A stretch of DNA of 64,000 nucleotides from Myxococcota bacterium (GCA_025057315.1 JANWXW010000134.1:129-64128); one strand, 5' to 3'. Counted from the stretch's first letter, positions 52,525 to 62,476 are shown. Made by a program: numbers and translations. The notes: generated by a model not told the origin, from the sequence alone.

Positions 52525-54663
52525 ATGGCGACCCCATCTCGAACGAATCGAATCGAGCGGCTCGACGAAGCCAATGTTTCCAGCTATTTCGGCATCAACA
52601 CCTTCGGCTGGCGCACCATGCAGGAGCGCCTGCCGCGGGAGACCTTGCGCGCCCTGAAAAAGACCCTCAAGAAGGGCGAACGCCTGTCGCCGGAGGTGGC
52701 CAACGCCGTGGCCCAATCCATGAAGGCCTGGGCGCTGGAGCATGGCGCTACGCACTTTACCCACTGGTTCCAGCCCATGACCGGGCTGACCGCTGAAAAA
52801 CACGACGCCTTCATCGCCTGGGACGAGCAGGGCATCTCGGTCATCGAGAGTTTCAGCGGCGATCAGCTCATCCAGGGCGAGCCCGACGCCAGCTCGTTCC
52901 CCTCAGGCGGATTGCGTGCCACCTTCGAGGCACGCGGCTACACCGCCTGGGACCCCAACAGCCCCGCCTTCCTCATGGAGGGGCCGCTGGGAAAGACCCT
53001 GTGCATCCCGACGGCCTTCATTGGCTACCACGGCGAGGCGCTGGACCACAAGGTGCCGCTGCTCCGATCGATGGAGTACGTCGCCACGCACGCCCGGGCT
53101 GCGCTGCGCTTCTTCGAGGTGGACACCGGCAACGTGATCGCCCACTGCGGCCCCGAGCAGGAGTACTTCCTCATCGACAAGCGCTACTACATGTTGCGTC
53201 CGGACCTCATGTTCGCCGGTCGTACGGTGCAGGGTGCGCGTCCGCCCAAGGGGCAGGAGCTGGAGGACCACTACTTCGGGTCCATCAAGCCGCGCGTGCT
53301 CCGCTTCATGCAGGACCTGGAGGTCGAGCTGTACAAGCTGGGCATTCCGGCCAAGACCCGGCACAACGAGGTGGCGCCCAACCAGTTCGAGATTGCCCCC
53401 ATCCACGAGCCGGCCAACGTGGCCTCCGACCACAACCAGCTCCTCATGGAGATGATGAAGCAGGTGGCGGACCGCCATGGCCTGGCGGTGCTCTTTAACG
53501 AGAAGCCCTTTGCCGGTGTCAACGGATCGGGCAAGCACAACAACTGGAGCCTGTGCACCGACGAGGGCCACAACCTGCTCGACCCGGGCCACACGCCGGC
53601 CGAGAACCTGCAGTTCCTCTACTTCCTGTGCGCGACGCTGCGCGCCCTGCACCGCCATGGGGCCCTGCTGCGCGCCAGCATTGCCTCGGCGAGCAACGAC
53701 CACCGCCTGGGGGCCAACGAGGCTCCTCCGGCCATCATGAGCGTGTTTTTGGGCGAGCAGCTCAACCGCATTCTGGACCAAATCGAAAGAGGCGAGGCCG
53801 CCGACGCCTCGGAGAAGAAGATTCTCGATCTGGGCATCAGCAAGCTGCCCGTGCTCAACAAGGACGCCACGGACCGCAACCGGACCAGCCCCTTTGCCTT
53901 TACGGGCAACAAGTTTGAGTTCCGGGCCGTCGGCGCCAGCCAGCCCATCGCCGTGCCCCTGATGGTACTCAATGTGAGCGTCGGCGAGGCCCTGCAGCAG
54001 ATGAACGCTCAGGTCGAGTCGTTGCGTAAGAGCGGCAAGGACGTCCGGGCGGCGGTGATGCAGGTCATACGTACCACCATCGCCGAGACCAGGGCCATTC
54101 GTTTTGACGGCAACAACTACTCCAAGGAGTGGCGCGCCGAGGCCGAGCGGCGCGGCCTGCCACATGCCCGCAATACCGTCGAGGCCCTGCGCGCCTGGGA
54201 GCTGCCCCAGACCCGCGAGCTGTTCTCCCGCAGCGGCGTGCTCACCCGGGAGGAGCTCGATGCCCGGATTCACGTCCGCCACGAGCAGTACGTCAAGACC
54301 CTCAACATCGAGGCGCAGGTGCTGCGCGAGATGGGCGAGACCATGATCCTGCCGGCGGTGTGGCAGGATGTGCGCAACAAGGCGGAGACGCTAGAGAAAA
54401 TCGGCGATCGCCCCGCCCTGCGCAAGGCCCTAGACGCCGAGGTGGAGATGCTCGGACGCGCCTACACGCGGCTGGAAGAGCTAAAGACGGCGCTGTCGCA
54501 GGCCGAAGCCACCGAGGGCCTGCAGCAGCAGACCGAGGCCTTTGGCGGCAAGGTGCTGGATGCCATGACCGCGTTCCGCGACACCCTGGATGCCCTGGAG
54601 GAGATGTGCGACGCGCGTCTGTGGCCCCTGCCCAAGTACCGCGAGATGCTCGCCCCGCTGTAG
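52525..54663 (+). CDS. glnN: Glutamine synthetase type III
   Basis: GATHFTHWFQP.TG.TAEKHD, EPDASSFPSGG.R.TFEARGYTAWD, GPEQEYFL, HNEVAP.QFE, EKPFAGVNGSGKH, DRNRTSPFAFTGNKFEFR, WPLPKY. Confidence 0.95.
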   Translation: MATPSRTNRIERLDEANVSSYFGINTFGWRTMQERLPRETLRALKKTLKKGERLSPEVANAVAQSMKAWALEHGATHFTHWFQPMTGLTAEKHDAFIAWDEQGISVIESFSGDQLIQGEPDASSFPSGGLRATFEARGYTAWDPNSPAFLMEGPLGKTLCIPTAFIGYHGEALDHKVPLLRSMEYVATHARAALRFFEVDTGNVIAHCGPEQEYFLIDKRYYMLRPDLMFAGRTVQGARPPKGQELEDHYFGSIKPRVLRFMQDLEVELYKLGIPAKTRHNEVAPNQFEIAPIHEPANVASDHNQLLMEMMKQVADRHGLAVLFNEKPFAGVNGSGKHNNWSLCTDEGHNLLDPGHTPAENLQFLYFLCATLRALHRHGALLRASIASASNDHRLGANEAPPAIMSVFLGEQLNRILDQIERGEAADASEKKILDLGISKLPVLNKDATDRNRTSPFAFTGNKFEFRAVGASQPIAVPLMVLNVSVGEALQQMNAQVESLRKSGKDVRAAVMQVIRTTIAETRAIRFDGNNYSKEWRAEAERRGLPHARNTVEALRAWELPQTRELFSRSGVLTREELDARIHVRHEQYVKTLNIEAQVLREMGETMILPAVWQDVRNKAETLEKIGDRPALRKALDAEVEMLGRAYTRLEELKTALSQAEATEGLQQQTEAFGGKVLDAMTAFRDTLDALEEMCDARLWPLPKYREMLAPL

Positions 54664-54727
54664 CCCGCCCCAATGCTGCTTGCTAGCGCCCCTGCAGGGG
54701 GTGGATCCTGCCGGAAAGAGGGGCGCC

Positions 54728-55296
54728 ATGTTCATCTCGATTCGCCACATCATCGATCGGCTGCGCCATCCGCGGAGTCGGCCTGAAGAGCTGGCCCGGC
54801 TCCGCGGGCAGCTCCTTCGTCAGCCCCGCACCGTTCCGCCCGCGGAGGCCGCAACCGCACAGGAGTTGGCCCGGCTGCGCCAGGAACTGGCCGCTGCCCT
54901 CGGTACGGTCCGCTCCTGCAGGGGGCCCGTGGCTACCCCCATCCCTATGGGCGCTGGGAGGGCGGTCACTGCTGCGGGGCGTCCACCTTTGACCTCTTTC
55001 ACGACGACGAGATCGCCGCGCTGAGCCTAGGCGGCACGGGCCCGGACCGACTGGTTCCCCCACCGCCACCAGTCGGGCTGCGCCTTCCGGGGACCCACAG
55101 GCTGCTCGCTGCAGCCGGTTGACCGGCCCCACCATCTGCGTGCGGCTAGCTGTGCCCGGACCTGGAGCGGGAACTGGCCAGCAGGGGCGACCTGGAGGCC
55201 ATCCAGGCCCTTGCCACCCGCATGGAGGAAGCCTACCTGCGGTTTGTGACCCTTCGGCACGACCGTCTCGAACAGGAGGCAGTCGGCCCTCGATGA
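54728..55296 (+). pseudogene. Frameshifted Cys-rich conserved hypothetical gene (pseudogene or local assembly errors)
   Basis: Coherent segments fall in successive frames: MFISIRH...VRSC / ARGYPHPYGRWEGGHCCG...DDEIAAL / GCAFRGPTGCSLQPVDRP / TICVR / CPDLERELA...GPR*. Confidence 0.65.
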
Positions 55297-55321
55297 TCGC
55301 GATCGGGTATGCTGGACTTCC

Positions 55322-55810
55322 ATGACGGAGTCAGGCTGGTTTCCGGTGGTGGGTGGACCGCCGCCGGCCGAAATCGTCTTCCGTGACACCCTGCTGGCCC
55401 TGAGCGTGCCCCTGGGGCTGGTTGTGCTGGGGCTATGGCTGCCCCTGGGGCCGCGCCTGGTGTGCATGGCGCTGGCCGCAGGGCTCGGCGGAGGGCTCGG
55501 CCTGTTCTTACGCCGGCGCTGGCAGAGACGGCAGGCGATTCGCGTGGTGGGCAATGTGCTAGAGCACCGAGATGGGGACCGCGTGGTCCGGCTGGCGCTC
55601 ACGCGCGCCCTTGTCTCCACCGCGGCGGCCCCCCATGGCGTGCTCGTGCTGGTCGTCGATGACGGACACACGCACCTGGCCATCGGGCGCCGCGCCGAGC
55701 CCCACGAAATCAGCGACCTGCCGCCCCGGCTGGGCCCCTATCTGGAACTGGCTCCCGCAGACTTCGAGGAAGTGCGCATCGCGGCCCACCGCTCCTATCC
55801 CCAGGCCTAG
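55322..55810 (+). CDS. Hypothetical membrane protein
   Basis: Two TM helices followed by a beta-rich soluble part; TATGCT 8 nt upstream of the ATG. Confidence 0.65.
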   Translation: MTESGWFPVVGGPPPAEIVFRDTLLALSVPLGLVVLGLWLPLGPRLVCMALAAGLGGGLGLFLRRRWQRRQAIRVVGNVLEHRDGDRVVRLALTRALVSTAAAPHGVLVLVVDDGHTHLAIGRRAEPHEISDLPPRLGPYLELAPADFEEVRIAAHRSYPQA

Positions 55811-55891
55811 CCTCCTCAGCGACGGCCTCGGCGAGCACGGGAGCGGACGACACGCCGCGCTTGGGTCAGGTTCGCTCGGTGGGGCGGGCGA

Positions 55892-57295
55892 CTACTTGCC
55901 CTTTTTGTCGTCCTTTTTCTCCGGCCACCAGTCCGCAGGGACCTCGATCTCGATGGTCTGTGTCTTGGGGGGCGTGGCCGGGGGCAGCACCCGTACTTGC
56001 GGCTGCTGCACCGGTGTTGCCGGCACCCCCGCAGGCGCCTGGTGGCCAGGTTCTGGCCGGCCAGGACCTGGCGGAGCAGACGGCGGTGCGCCTCCCCCAG
56101 GCGGCGGGGCCACAGGCGGCGTGCTAGGCGGGGGCGTGCCGTGGGGGAGAGCCGCAGGCGGCCCACCTGGCGGCGGCCCCCCTGACACCGGCGGAACGAT
56201 CACCTGAATGGGCGGAATCTCGACCGAGATGGTGGGCTTTTTCGGCTTGTCTGCCTCTCGGTGCTCCCAGGCGTATCCCACGGTGAACATGAGCGTATGG
56301 TTCGGGCTGCCCTCGGTCAGGCCGCGGCCGTACATGGCCGAGAAGCACCAGGCGTTGCCCTTGGTGCGCAGCAGGCCGATGTCCCAAAAGAGCGGGCTGC
56401 GGCCCTCGCGGTTGGTGAACGAAAAAGAGCCCACAAACTCGGTGATGATGCGCAGCCCCGCCTCCGGAGACACGACGGCCTCGGCCCCGAAGCCGTAGAG
56501 GAGATGGTTGCCAAGCCCCGACAGGACCTGCGACAGGGTGGCTGCCTGTTCCATGCTTAGCGGTGGACAGGGCTGTCGGCGCCCGGTCATGGGATCGATG
56601 GGCTGCGTCTCGGGGTCGCAGACCATGGGACAGGGCAGCCGACGCATTCTCATCGGATCCGAGGGGTCTAGGGGTTGCTGCGTCGGGTCACAGGTGCCCC
56701 CCGTGCCCGCCAGGAACCCGCCCAGGTTGCCGATGAGCTTCAGGCGGCCCTTCAACGTGCTCCAGTCCACCACCAGCCGGGGCAGGAAGCTGAGCTGCCC
56801 GGCGCTGATGCGGGCACTCGGGTTGCCGGTGGGGAAGCCAACGCCCAACGAGACGGCAAAGACCGGAAATGGGGGGGGGATGGGGATGCGAATCTTGTTC
56901 TGCAGCCGGAGGTCGCCCAGGGCGGTGGCAGACATGTTCAGCCCGCTGGCGTCTTGCCACAGAGCAATGGGCAGGGCGACACCCAAATCGACCCACTTGT
57001 TCAGCGACAGCACCACCGAGGGGTGTAGCGACACGCGATCGCTCAGGCTCTCGCTGGAGCCCAGCGGCTCGCGCATATACATCACCGGCAGGCGCGGGTG
57101 CAGGCCCAGATCGGGCACGGCGGTGTGTTCCAGAAAGAAGCCATCCTTCCAACTGGTGGCAGGGAACAGGTGCAGGCCGCGTCGGGCGTCCACCACCGGC
57201 ACGGACGGAGACGGGGCGCTCTGCCCTCTCGCCAGGGGGGCGCACAGCAGCCAGCTCATACAAACAATCAGCATTCGGGGCCCGCAGGACGCCAT
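55892..57295 (-). CDS. Putative outer-membrane beta-barrel protein with Pro-rich C-terminal tail
   Basis: RBS GGAGG; signal peptide; LGVALP, LGDLRL..K, FPTG, YGFG, YGRGL..GSP..F.VGY barrel-like strands. Confidence 0.7.
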   Translation of the reverse strand: MASCGPRMLIVCMSWLLCAPLARGQSAPSPSVPVVDARRGLHLFPATSWKDGFFLEHTAVPDLGLHPRLPVMYMREPLGSSESLSDRVSLHPSVVLSLNKWVDLGVALPIALWQDASGLNMSATALGDLRLQNKIRIPIPPPFPVFAVSLGVGFPTGNPSARISAGQLSFLPRLVVDWSTLKGRLKLIGNLGGFLAGTGGTCDPTQQPLDPSDPMRMRRLPCPMVCDPETQPIDPMTGRRQPCPPLSMEQAATLSQVLSGLGNHLLYGFGAEAVVSPEAGLRIITEFVGSFSFTNREGRSPLFWDIGLLRTKGNAWCFSAMYGRGLTEGSPNHTLMFTVGYAWEHREADKPKKPTISVEIPPIQVIVPPVSGGPPPGGPPAALPHGTPPPSTPPVAPPPGGGAPPSAPPGPGRPEPGHQAPAGVPATPVQQPQVRVLPPATPPKTQTIEIEVPADWWPEKKDDKKGK

Positions 57296-57346
57296 CGGGT
57301 AGCCTCCGTTGGTACCGACGACGTTAGGACGGCCAGGGGGGGCGGG

Positions 57347-58444
57347 TCAATGCCGAGCACGACGCCGCTGGCGTAGCAGCAGCCCTGCACCGGCCCCTAG
57401 GTACAGCAGGGACGGAGGAGACGACGGGACACCACCGATGCGACAGCCGCAGCGGATGCCCGGCAGGGCGGCCGGATCCAGTAGGTCTGCAGCGGCGCCG
57501 TCCTGACCCCCGCTGGGCCCATCGCCTGGCCCATCGCCAGGGCGCAGGTCTGCAGTGTCCCCGCCATCTGTCCCGACCGCTGGCAGGACCTTGGTGTCCA
57601 GACGCCCCAGGCGGGCCACAAAGTGCAGCTCAAGGCGGCTCCCGGCAGGCACCGGCGGGGTCTGGAGGACGTTCTGGCTGTCGCACGGCGTCACTGACCA
57701 GCCATCGGTCCCGTATTTGCGGGCGCCATCATAGGTACCCTTCTTCTCCAGCACCTTCCATGGCCAGCCCGGCGGCAGGTCTCGGGTCACCACCGTGGAG
57801 CCCACCAGCGTGCCGTCGGGGGTGGGCCGGAGATCCAGCGCCCCCTGGACCGGGTCGAAGGGACGCTCCTGGAACCCCCCCACCGCTACCCAGGCAGTGC
57901 CCGGCGGCGAGACGGTCATGAGGGTATCGCCGGCGGTGCGGCTGCGGCTGTCGTAGAAAAACCGGACCGGCATGGACACATCTGGCCGCGGTACCAGCAG
58001 GTCGCCGGTGGGGTTGTCCCGGCGGCCGTCCAGCCCGCAGTCGCCGACCTGGCGCACCTCGTCCGGCCCGTAGCGGCCACTGGGCAGGATCTTGTACTTG
58101 AGCAGCTCGGTGGGCTGGAGCCGCACCTCCAGCGTGAACACTCCGTCTCCCATGACCTCGTCGGGCGGCACGCCGTCGTCGCGCATCACCGGACACAGCT
58201 CGGGACGGAAGTCGCCTAGCGCCGCCTGGTTGCCGCACACCCGCACCTGGGCCCATGCGGCGGTTGGCTCCAGCGCCCCTAGGACCGCGGCCAGCACGCC
58301 CAGCCGGACGGCCCGACGCGGCCACAACGGGCCTCCCTGGGACACCCACCGCCCTCTGCAGAGGCCCGGACAGCAGGCCTTCCGATCGAGGGAACAGGAT
58401 GGCACGCGAAGCAAGGTCGGAGGCAGACAGAGGCAGGGCCACAT
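57347..58444 (-). CDS. MYXO-CTERM sorting-domain protein with choice-of-anchor X-like domain
   Basis: MRDDG..PD...GDGVFT motif; C-terminal GIRCGCRIGG...LLYLGAGAGLLLRQRRR; start uncertain. Confidence 0.75.
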   Translation of the reverse strand: MWPCLCLPPTLLRVPSCSLDRKACCPGLCRGRWVSQGGPLWPRRAVRLGVLAAVLGALEPTAAWAQVRVCGNQAALGDFRPELCPVMRDDGVPPDEVMGDGVFTLEVRLQPTELLKYKILPSGRYGPDEVRQVGDCGLDGRRDNPTGDLLVPRPDVSMPVRFFYDSRSRTAGDTLMTVSPPGTAWVAVGGFQERPFDPVQGALDLRPTPDGTLVGSTVVTRDLPPGWPWKVLEKKGTYDGARKYGTDGWSVTPCDSQNVLQTPPVPAGSRLELHFVARLGRLDTKVLPAVGTDGGDTADLRPGDGPGDGPSGGQDGAAADLLDPAALPGIRCGCRIGGVPSSPPSLLYLGAGAGLLLRQRRRARH

Positions 58445-58492
58445 GTGGCAGATTGTACCGCCTCGGGCCTTGTTGCGGGCATCTGCACGCCC

Positions 58493-60400
58493 CTACAGCG
58501 TGCGGCACGGCCGGACGGCCTCCAGCCCGTGGCGCGTGAGCCCCTCCCGCTGCAGCAGCGGTGCCAGCGGGTCGTCCGGATCTTGGGCGTCCAGCTGCCG
58601 CGGGCGGGGTACGAACACCTCGGCCTCCGTGGTGGCCACGGTGTCATCGCCGCCCGGACGCGTCAGCCCGCCAGCCACCAGCACCGCCCCCCCTGGAAGC
58701 AGGGTCTGGGTATGCCCCATGCGCCCCAGGGCCAAGGGCGGGGCCGGATGCAGGCGGCCGCTGGCCTGATCGTACAGCGAGGCCTGGCGCAGCACGCACA
58801 GCAGCTTGACCGTCCCGGTGTCACCTGGCTCGCAGTCCTGGCAGCCCGCCGGCTCCGCCGTCGGGGTACCACCGGTGATGAGCGCCCGCGTGCCGGACAG
58901 CGTGGCGACGATGGCCTCAAACCCAGCAGGACGGTAGTGGGGCTGCTCGCTGCCGCAGGCGTCGACAGGACCGTAGGGAGGGACCGCGACCAGGGCGGTG
59001 GCGCTCGGGCGCAGGTGGTATAGACGCACCGCCTCGCGTGGCGGGGGCGGCTGGCGGGCCTGCAGGGGACTGCTCGCCTCCAGCACAAACCCACCACTGG
59101 CCAGCACCTGCGGCTCGCCGCCCACATCGGCCAGCCGGGCCGCTGCATGGTACAGCGTGGCCGGGCCCGCCACTGCCTCGTCGAGATCGATGCGGAGATC
59201 GATGCGCGGCGCGGCGTCCAGGCCACCCAGCCGCAACGCCCGGGTCTGCACCTGGGCCGGCTGCTCGGGCAGCGAGCGCGCCGCACCCAACACCAGGGCC
59301 GCCCCAGGACCCAGCGGCGTCACCGTGGGGGCTAGCAGCCAGTGGGGCAGATCGCGGCGGGCCAGGCGCAAGGGACCCTGCTCCGTGCTTGGGGCCAGGG
59401 CCACGAGCACCTCGTCCACGGGCATCAGGCGGCTCCGCTGGCCCTGGACCTCCAGGCCGGGGGGAAAGACCGCGCCACCGACATGAACCAGGCCTCCTGC
59501 GGGCAGCGCAGCCCCTCCGGACAGGGCCACCTTGGGCATCTCGGCCTCGGGCAGGACGCGCCGCCACAGGCGCCTGGTGGCAGGCTCATAGGTGAGGATT
59601 TCGGCTCCGGCAGGCTGGGTCGTGCCGATGGGGGTTAGGCGCAGCAGCGTGGGCCCACCTGGCGCACCATCGAGCGCCGGGCGCCGCAGCGGGGCAGTGA
59701 GCCCCCCCTGCACCAGCAGCCGCACGACTCCGGGGCCGACTTCCAGCACCGCGGCATGGTGGAAGGCGCGGGTCCGCGGGACAACCCCCGGCGCCTCCGC
59801 TACGGGGTAAAACCGGTTCGTTCGTGGGTCCCATACCTCGACGCTGTTGAGAATCTGAAAGATCGACGGCCCCCGCTCCGGCAGCGCAGCAATGCCCCCG
59901 ACAAAGAGCACCTCTCCGGAGGGCAGCGGGGTGGCGCTGTGAAACGCCCGTCCCGTCCCCAGCGGGCCCAGCGGGCAGCTCCACTGCTCGGTGCGAAACA
60001 GCACCAGCGGCAGCGGCTCGCCACCCATGTCCTCTGGGCCCAGCGCCGGCAGCACGCCCTGCGCGGCGCGTTTGCCCATCGGGTCGAACCACTCCGCATA
60101 CAGGTCAAAACGCGCCTCGGCGCTGGGGCCCAGATCCAGATTCGGGGTCTGCTCCGGTACCCGCGCTACGGCGTCGCAGACAAAGCGGGCAGAGCCGTCC
60201 CTGTCTCGGCGGACGACCGACAGACGCAATGTACCTCCTTGGCCGACCAGCGCGATCGGTGGTAACCCCCCGCCCCGGGCATCCACGCAGCCGGAGCCGG
60301 GCTGGGGTAGGGCGGCCAAACGCACGGTCAAGCCCGGTCCGCTGGAGGCGGGGCCACAGCCCAGCAGAAGGGCCGTCGCGAGCGCCACGCGACACCGCAT
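58493..60400 (-). CDS. Kelch-repeat lipoprotein
   Basis: Lipobox LLGC; RAFHSAT.L.SG.VLFVGG, RMGHTQTLL.GG.VLVAGG, AEVF motifs. Confidence 0.8.
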   Translation of the reverse strand: MRCRVALATALLLGCGPASSGPGLTVRLAALPQPGSGCVDARGGGLPPIALVGQGGTLRLSVVRRDRDGSARFVCDAVARVPEQTPNLDLGPSAEARFDLYAEWFDPMGKRAAQGVLPALGPEDMGGEPLPLVLFRTEQWSCPLGPLGTGRAFHSATPLPSGEVLFVGGIAALPERGPSIFQILNSVEVWDPRTNRFYPVAEAPGVVPRTRAFHHAAVLEVGPGVVRLLVQGGLTAPLRRPALDGAPGGPTLLRLTPIGTTQPAGAEILTYEPATRRLWRRVLPEAEMPKVALSGGAALPAGGLVHVGGAVFPPGLEVQGQRSRLMPVDEVLVALAPSTEQGPLRLARRDLPHWLLAPTVTPLGPGAALVLGAARSLPEQPAQVQTRALRLGGLDAAPRIDLRIDLDEAVAGPATLYHAAARLADVGGEPQVLASGGFVLEASSPLQARQPPPPREAVRLYHLRPSATALVAVPPYGPVDACGSEQPHYRPAGFEAIVATLSGTRALITGGTPTAEPAGCQDCEPGDTGTVKLLCVLRQASLYDQASGRLHPAPPLALGRMGHTQTLLPGGAVLVAGGLTRPGGDDTVATTEAEVFVPRPRQLDAQDPDDPLAPLLQREGLTRHGLEAVRPCRTL

Positions 60401-60585
60401 CTACTTTAACCATAGGCTAGGCGAGGCGTTGGGGTCAAACGGGCCTGAGCCCGAGGCGCTGTTCCGGAGTGCTCGCTTGCACCTGCGGGCACCTGCGCGC
60501 TCCCGGGAAATGCCAGCAGTTATGGCCTACCCTGGCGCTGCGCCCACCGCAGGCAGGTTTTGGCCTGGGGGCCCTTGAGGCGCCG

Positions 60586-61170
60586 CTACTGCGCTTGGGG
60601 CTCGTCGCCGTCGTCCTCACCCAACTGCATTGCTTCGGACAGGGCAAAGGGCGGCAGCGGCTGCAACGGCGCCTCACTCATGCGCGGAAACTCGATTCCA
60701 ACGATGGTCAGCTCGCGCTCGCCCGCATGCCAGCGCACCACCACCGTCTCGTTCACACGCTTGCCAATGAGGGCCTTGCCGATGGGGGACCGCCAGCTGA
60801 TGCGTCCCTGCTTTGGATCGGTCTCGTCCACTCCGACCACCTGGTAACGGGTCTGCTCTCCGTCCTGGTCCTCCACCGTTACCACCGCGCCAAAGCAGAC
60901 CCGGTCCGATCGGTGCTGCGACGGGTCGATGACCTCAGCAATGGCCATGCGGCGGGCCAGAAAGCGAATGCGTCGGTCGATCTCGCGCAGCTGCCGCTTG
61001 CGGTAGATGTACTCGGCATTCTCAGAGCGATCTCCCTCTGCTGCAGCCTCGGCCAGCTTGGCCACGACCTCGCGACGCTTGTGGTTGCGCAGCTGCTCGA
61101 ACTCGGCCTGCAGGGTGCGAAAGCCAGCCGGTGTGATGTAGTTCTTCTCCTGATCGTCTGCTTGGGGCAC
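60586..61170 (-). CDS. greB: Transcription elongation factor GreB
   Basis: NYITPAG, AAAEGDRSENAEYIY.K..LREIDRRIRFL, FGA.V, IVG/VVGVDE, ISWRSPIGKAL. Confidence 0.93.
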   Translation of the reverse strand: MPQADDQEKNYITPAGFRTLQAEFEQLRNHKRREVVAKLAEAAAEGDRSENAEYIYRKRQLREIDRRIRFLARRMAIAEVIDPSQHRSDRVCFGAVVTVEDQDGEQTRYQVVGVDETDPKQGRISWRSPIGKALIGKRVNETVVVRWHAGERELTIVGIEFPRMSEAPLQPLPPFALSEAMQLGEDDGDEPQAQ

Positions 61171-61435
61171 GAGCCGATTCTAGCCGAAATGCCGGCCCAG
61201 GCGGCAGGCGCTGAAGGCGAAAACGCCCGACAACCCCCTGCCGAGACGAGCGGGGTCCCCAGCGGCCGATGGGCAGGGGGCTAGGGCTGAGCTGTGCAGG
61301 GGGCTCTAGCTATAGAAAGGGCCAGGAGCGCTGTCCGCCAGAGGCAGGCGCAAGCACAGGAGGGGGGAGCTGGCTGGGGGCAGGAGTCCAGGCGGGGCTT
61401 GGGATGCTGCTGCAGCTCCGCAGAGCGCTTCGGGG

Positions 61436-62110
61436 CTAGATGCGCTCCGGGATCTCGCCCTCGCGCAGGGCCTGCTCTGCCAGCTGGCCCACCGGTGTGC
61501 CCCGTCCCCGGGTGGCTGCCTGGCGGAACAGGTCTTGCGCCTCTGCTTCGCGCCGCGCTCGCCGCCGCAGCAGGCCGAGCTGGTATAGCGCCCAGGCACG
61601 CCGGCAGGATGCCCCAGGTGCGGTGATCAGGTCCTCCAACACACGCTCTGCGGCGCCGTGGCGGCCGTCGGCCAGCAGGGCATAGGCGAGCAGCTCGCTG
61701 GCCCGCTCGAGCTCCGGTCCCCTGCCCTCGGTGCGCAGCGCCTGGGCTGAACGCGCCGCCTCTTGCGTCTGCCCCAGCGCCACGAGCACGCGGACCTCCT
61801 CTTCACGCAGCAGGCGCAGGTTGTCCGGCGACAGGGCCGTGCGGTCGATGCCCGTCAGCAGGGCGCGCATGGCCTGCTCATCGCCTGCTATGCGCGCGGC
61901 GGCCAGCAGCACAATGCGGGCAGGTTCCCGCCGTCGCGGGCAGGAGCTCAGCAGGAAGGGCCCCAGCAGCTGCCGAGCCCGACCGAGTTGACCGGAGTGG
62001 ACGGCCTCCCACGCCTGCCGCAGCCGCCGGCTCGGACGCGCCTCCAGGGCGCGCGCAAGGACAGGCAGGCCAAGCATGGCAGCCAGGATGCCAACCGGCA
62101 CATACACCAA
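61436..62110 (-). CDS. Membrane-anchored TPR-like helical protein
   Basis: N-terminal hydrophobic helix; TPR-like AWALYQLG...EAQDLFRQA; start uncertain. Confidence 0.6.
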   Translation of the reverse strand: MVYVPVGILAAMLGLPVLARALEARPSRRLRQAWEAVHSGQLGRARQLLGPFLLSSCPRRREPARIVLLAAARIAGDEQAMRALLTGIDRTALSPDNLRLLREEEVRVLVALGQTQEAARSAQALRTEGRGPELERASELLAYALLADGRHGAAERVLEDLITAPGASCRRAWALYQLGLLRRRARREAEAQDLFRQAATRGRGTPVGQLAEQALREGEIPERI

Positions 62111-62151
62111 ACAAGATACACCTCGGAGGTCCCCTGCGCTATCGTCCGGGC

Positions 62152-62358
62152 ATGGGCCTGCCTGTGGTTACCCGTTCCAGCCCGACTCGGGCGGGCTTCT
62201 GCCCGCGCTGCGATGCCCCGCTGTATGCCGACGAGGGCCAGTGCCGCTACTGCCGCGGTCTGCATGGACCCAACCCGCCGCCCTGGGAGGCGATGGCGAT
62301 GGGGGTGGGCGCGGCCCTGCTGCTGGGTCTGGCGATTGTCCTGGCGGTGCGCGGGTAG
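62152..62358 (+). CDS. Small zinc-ribbon membrane protein
   Basis: CPRC...CRYC motif and C-terminal TM helix; TATCGT 6 nt upstream of the ATG. Confidence 0.6.
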   Translation: MGLPVVTRSSPTRAGFCPRCDAPLYADEGQCRYCRGLHGPNPPPWEAMAMGVGAALLLGLAIVLAVRG

Positions 62359-62476
62359 GTCGGCTTCTCGGGGCCCCATCGGCTCCGACCTTTGCTTGCA
62401 ACCTGTCCCGCACGCTCTGCTATCTCGTAATATTTCGGGATTTAGAATACAATATGGGCGGAGGCATAGACTCCTC

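Noticed and set aside
61232-61282. Structured ncRNA upstream of greB (CCCCTGCC...GGCAGGGG)
   Set aside because: A single GC-rich stem with no recognisable family features, expected by chance at this GC content
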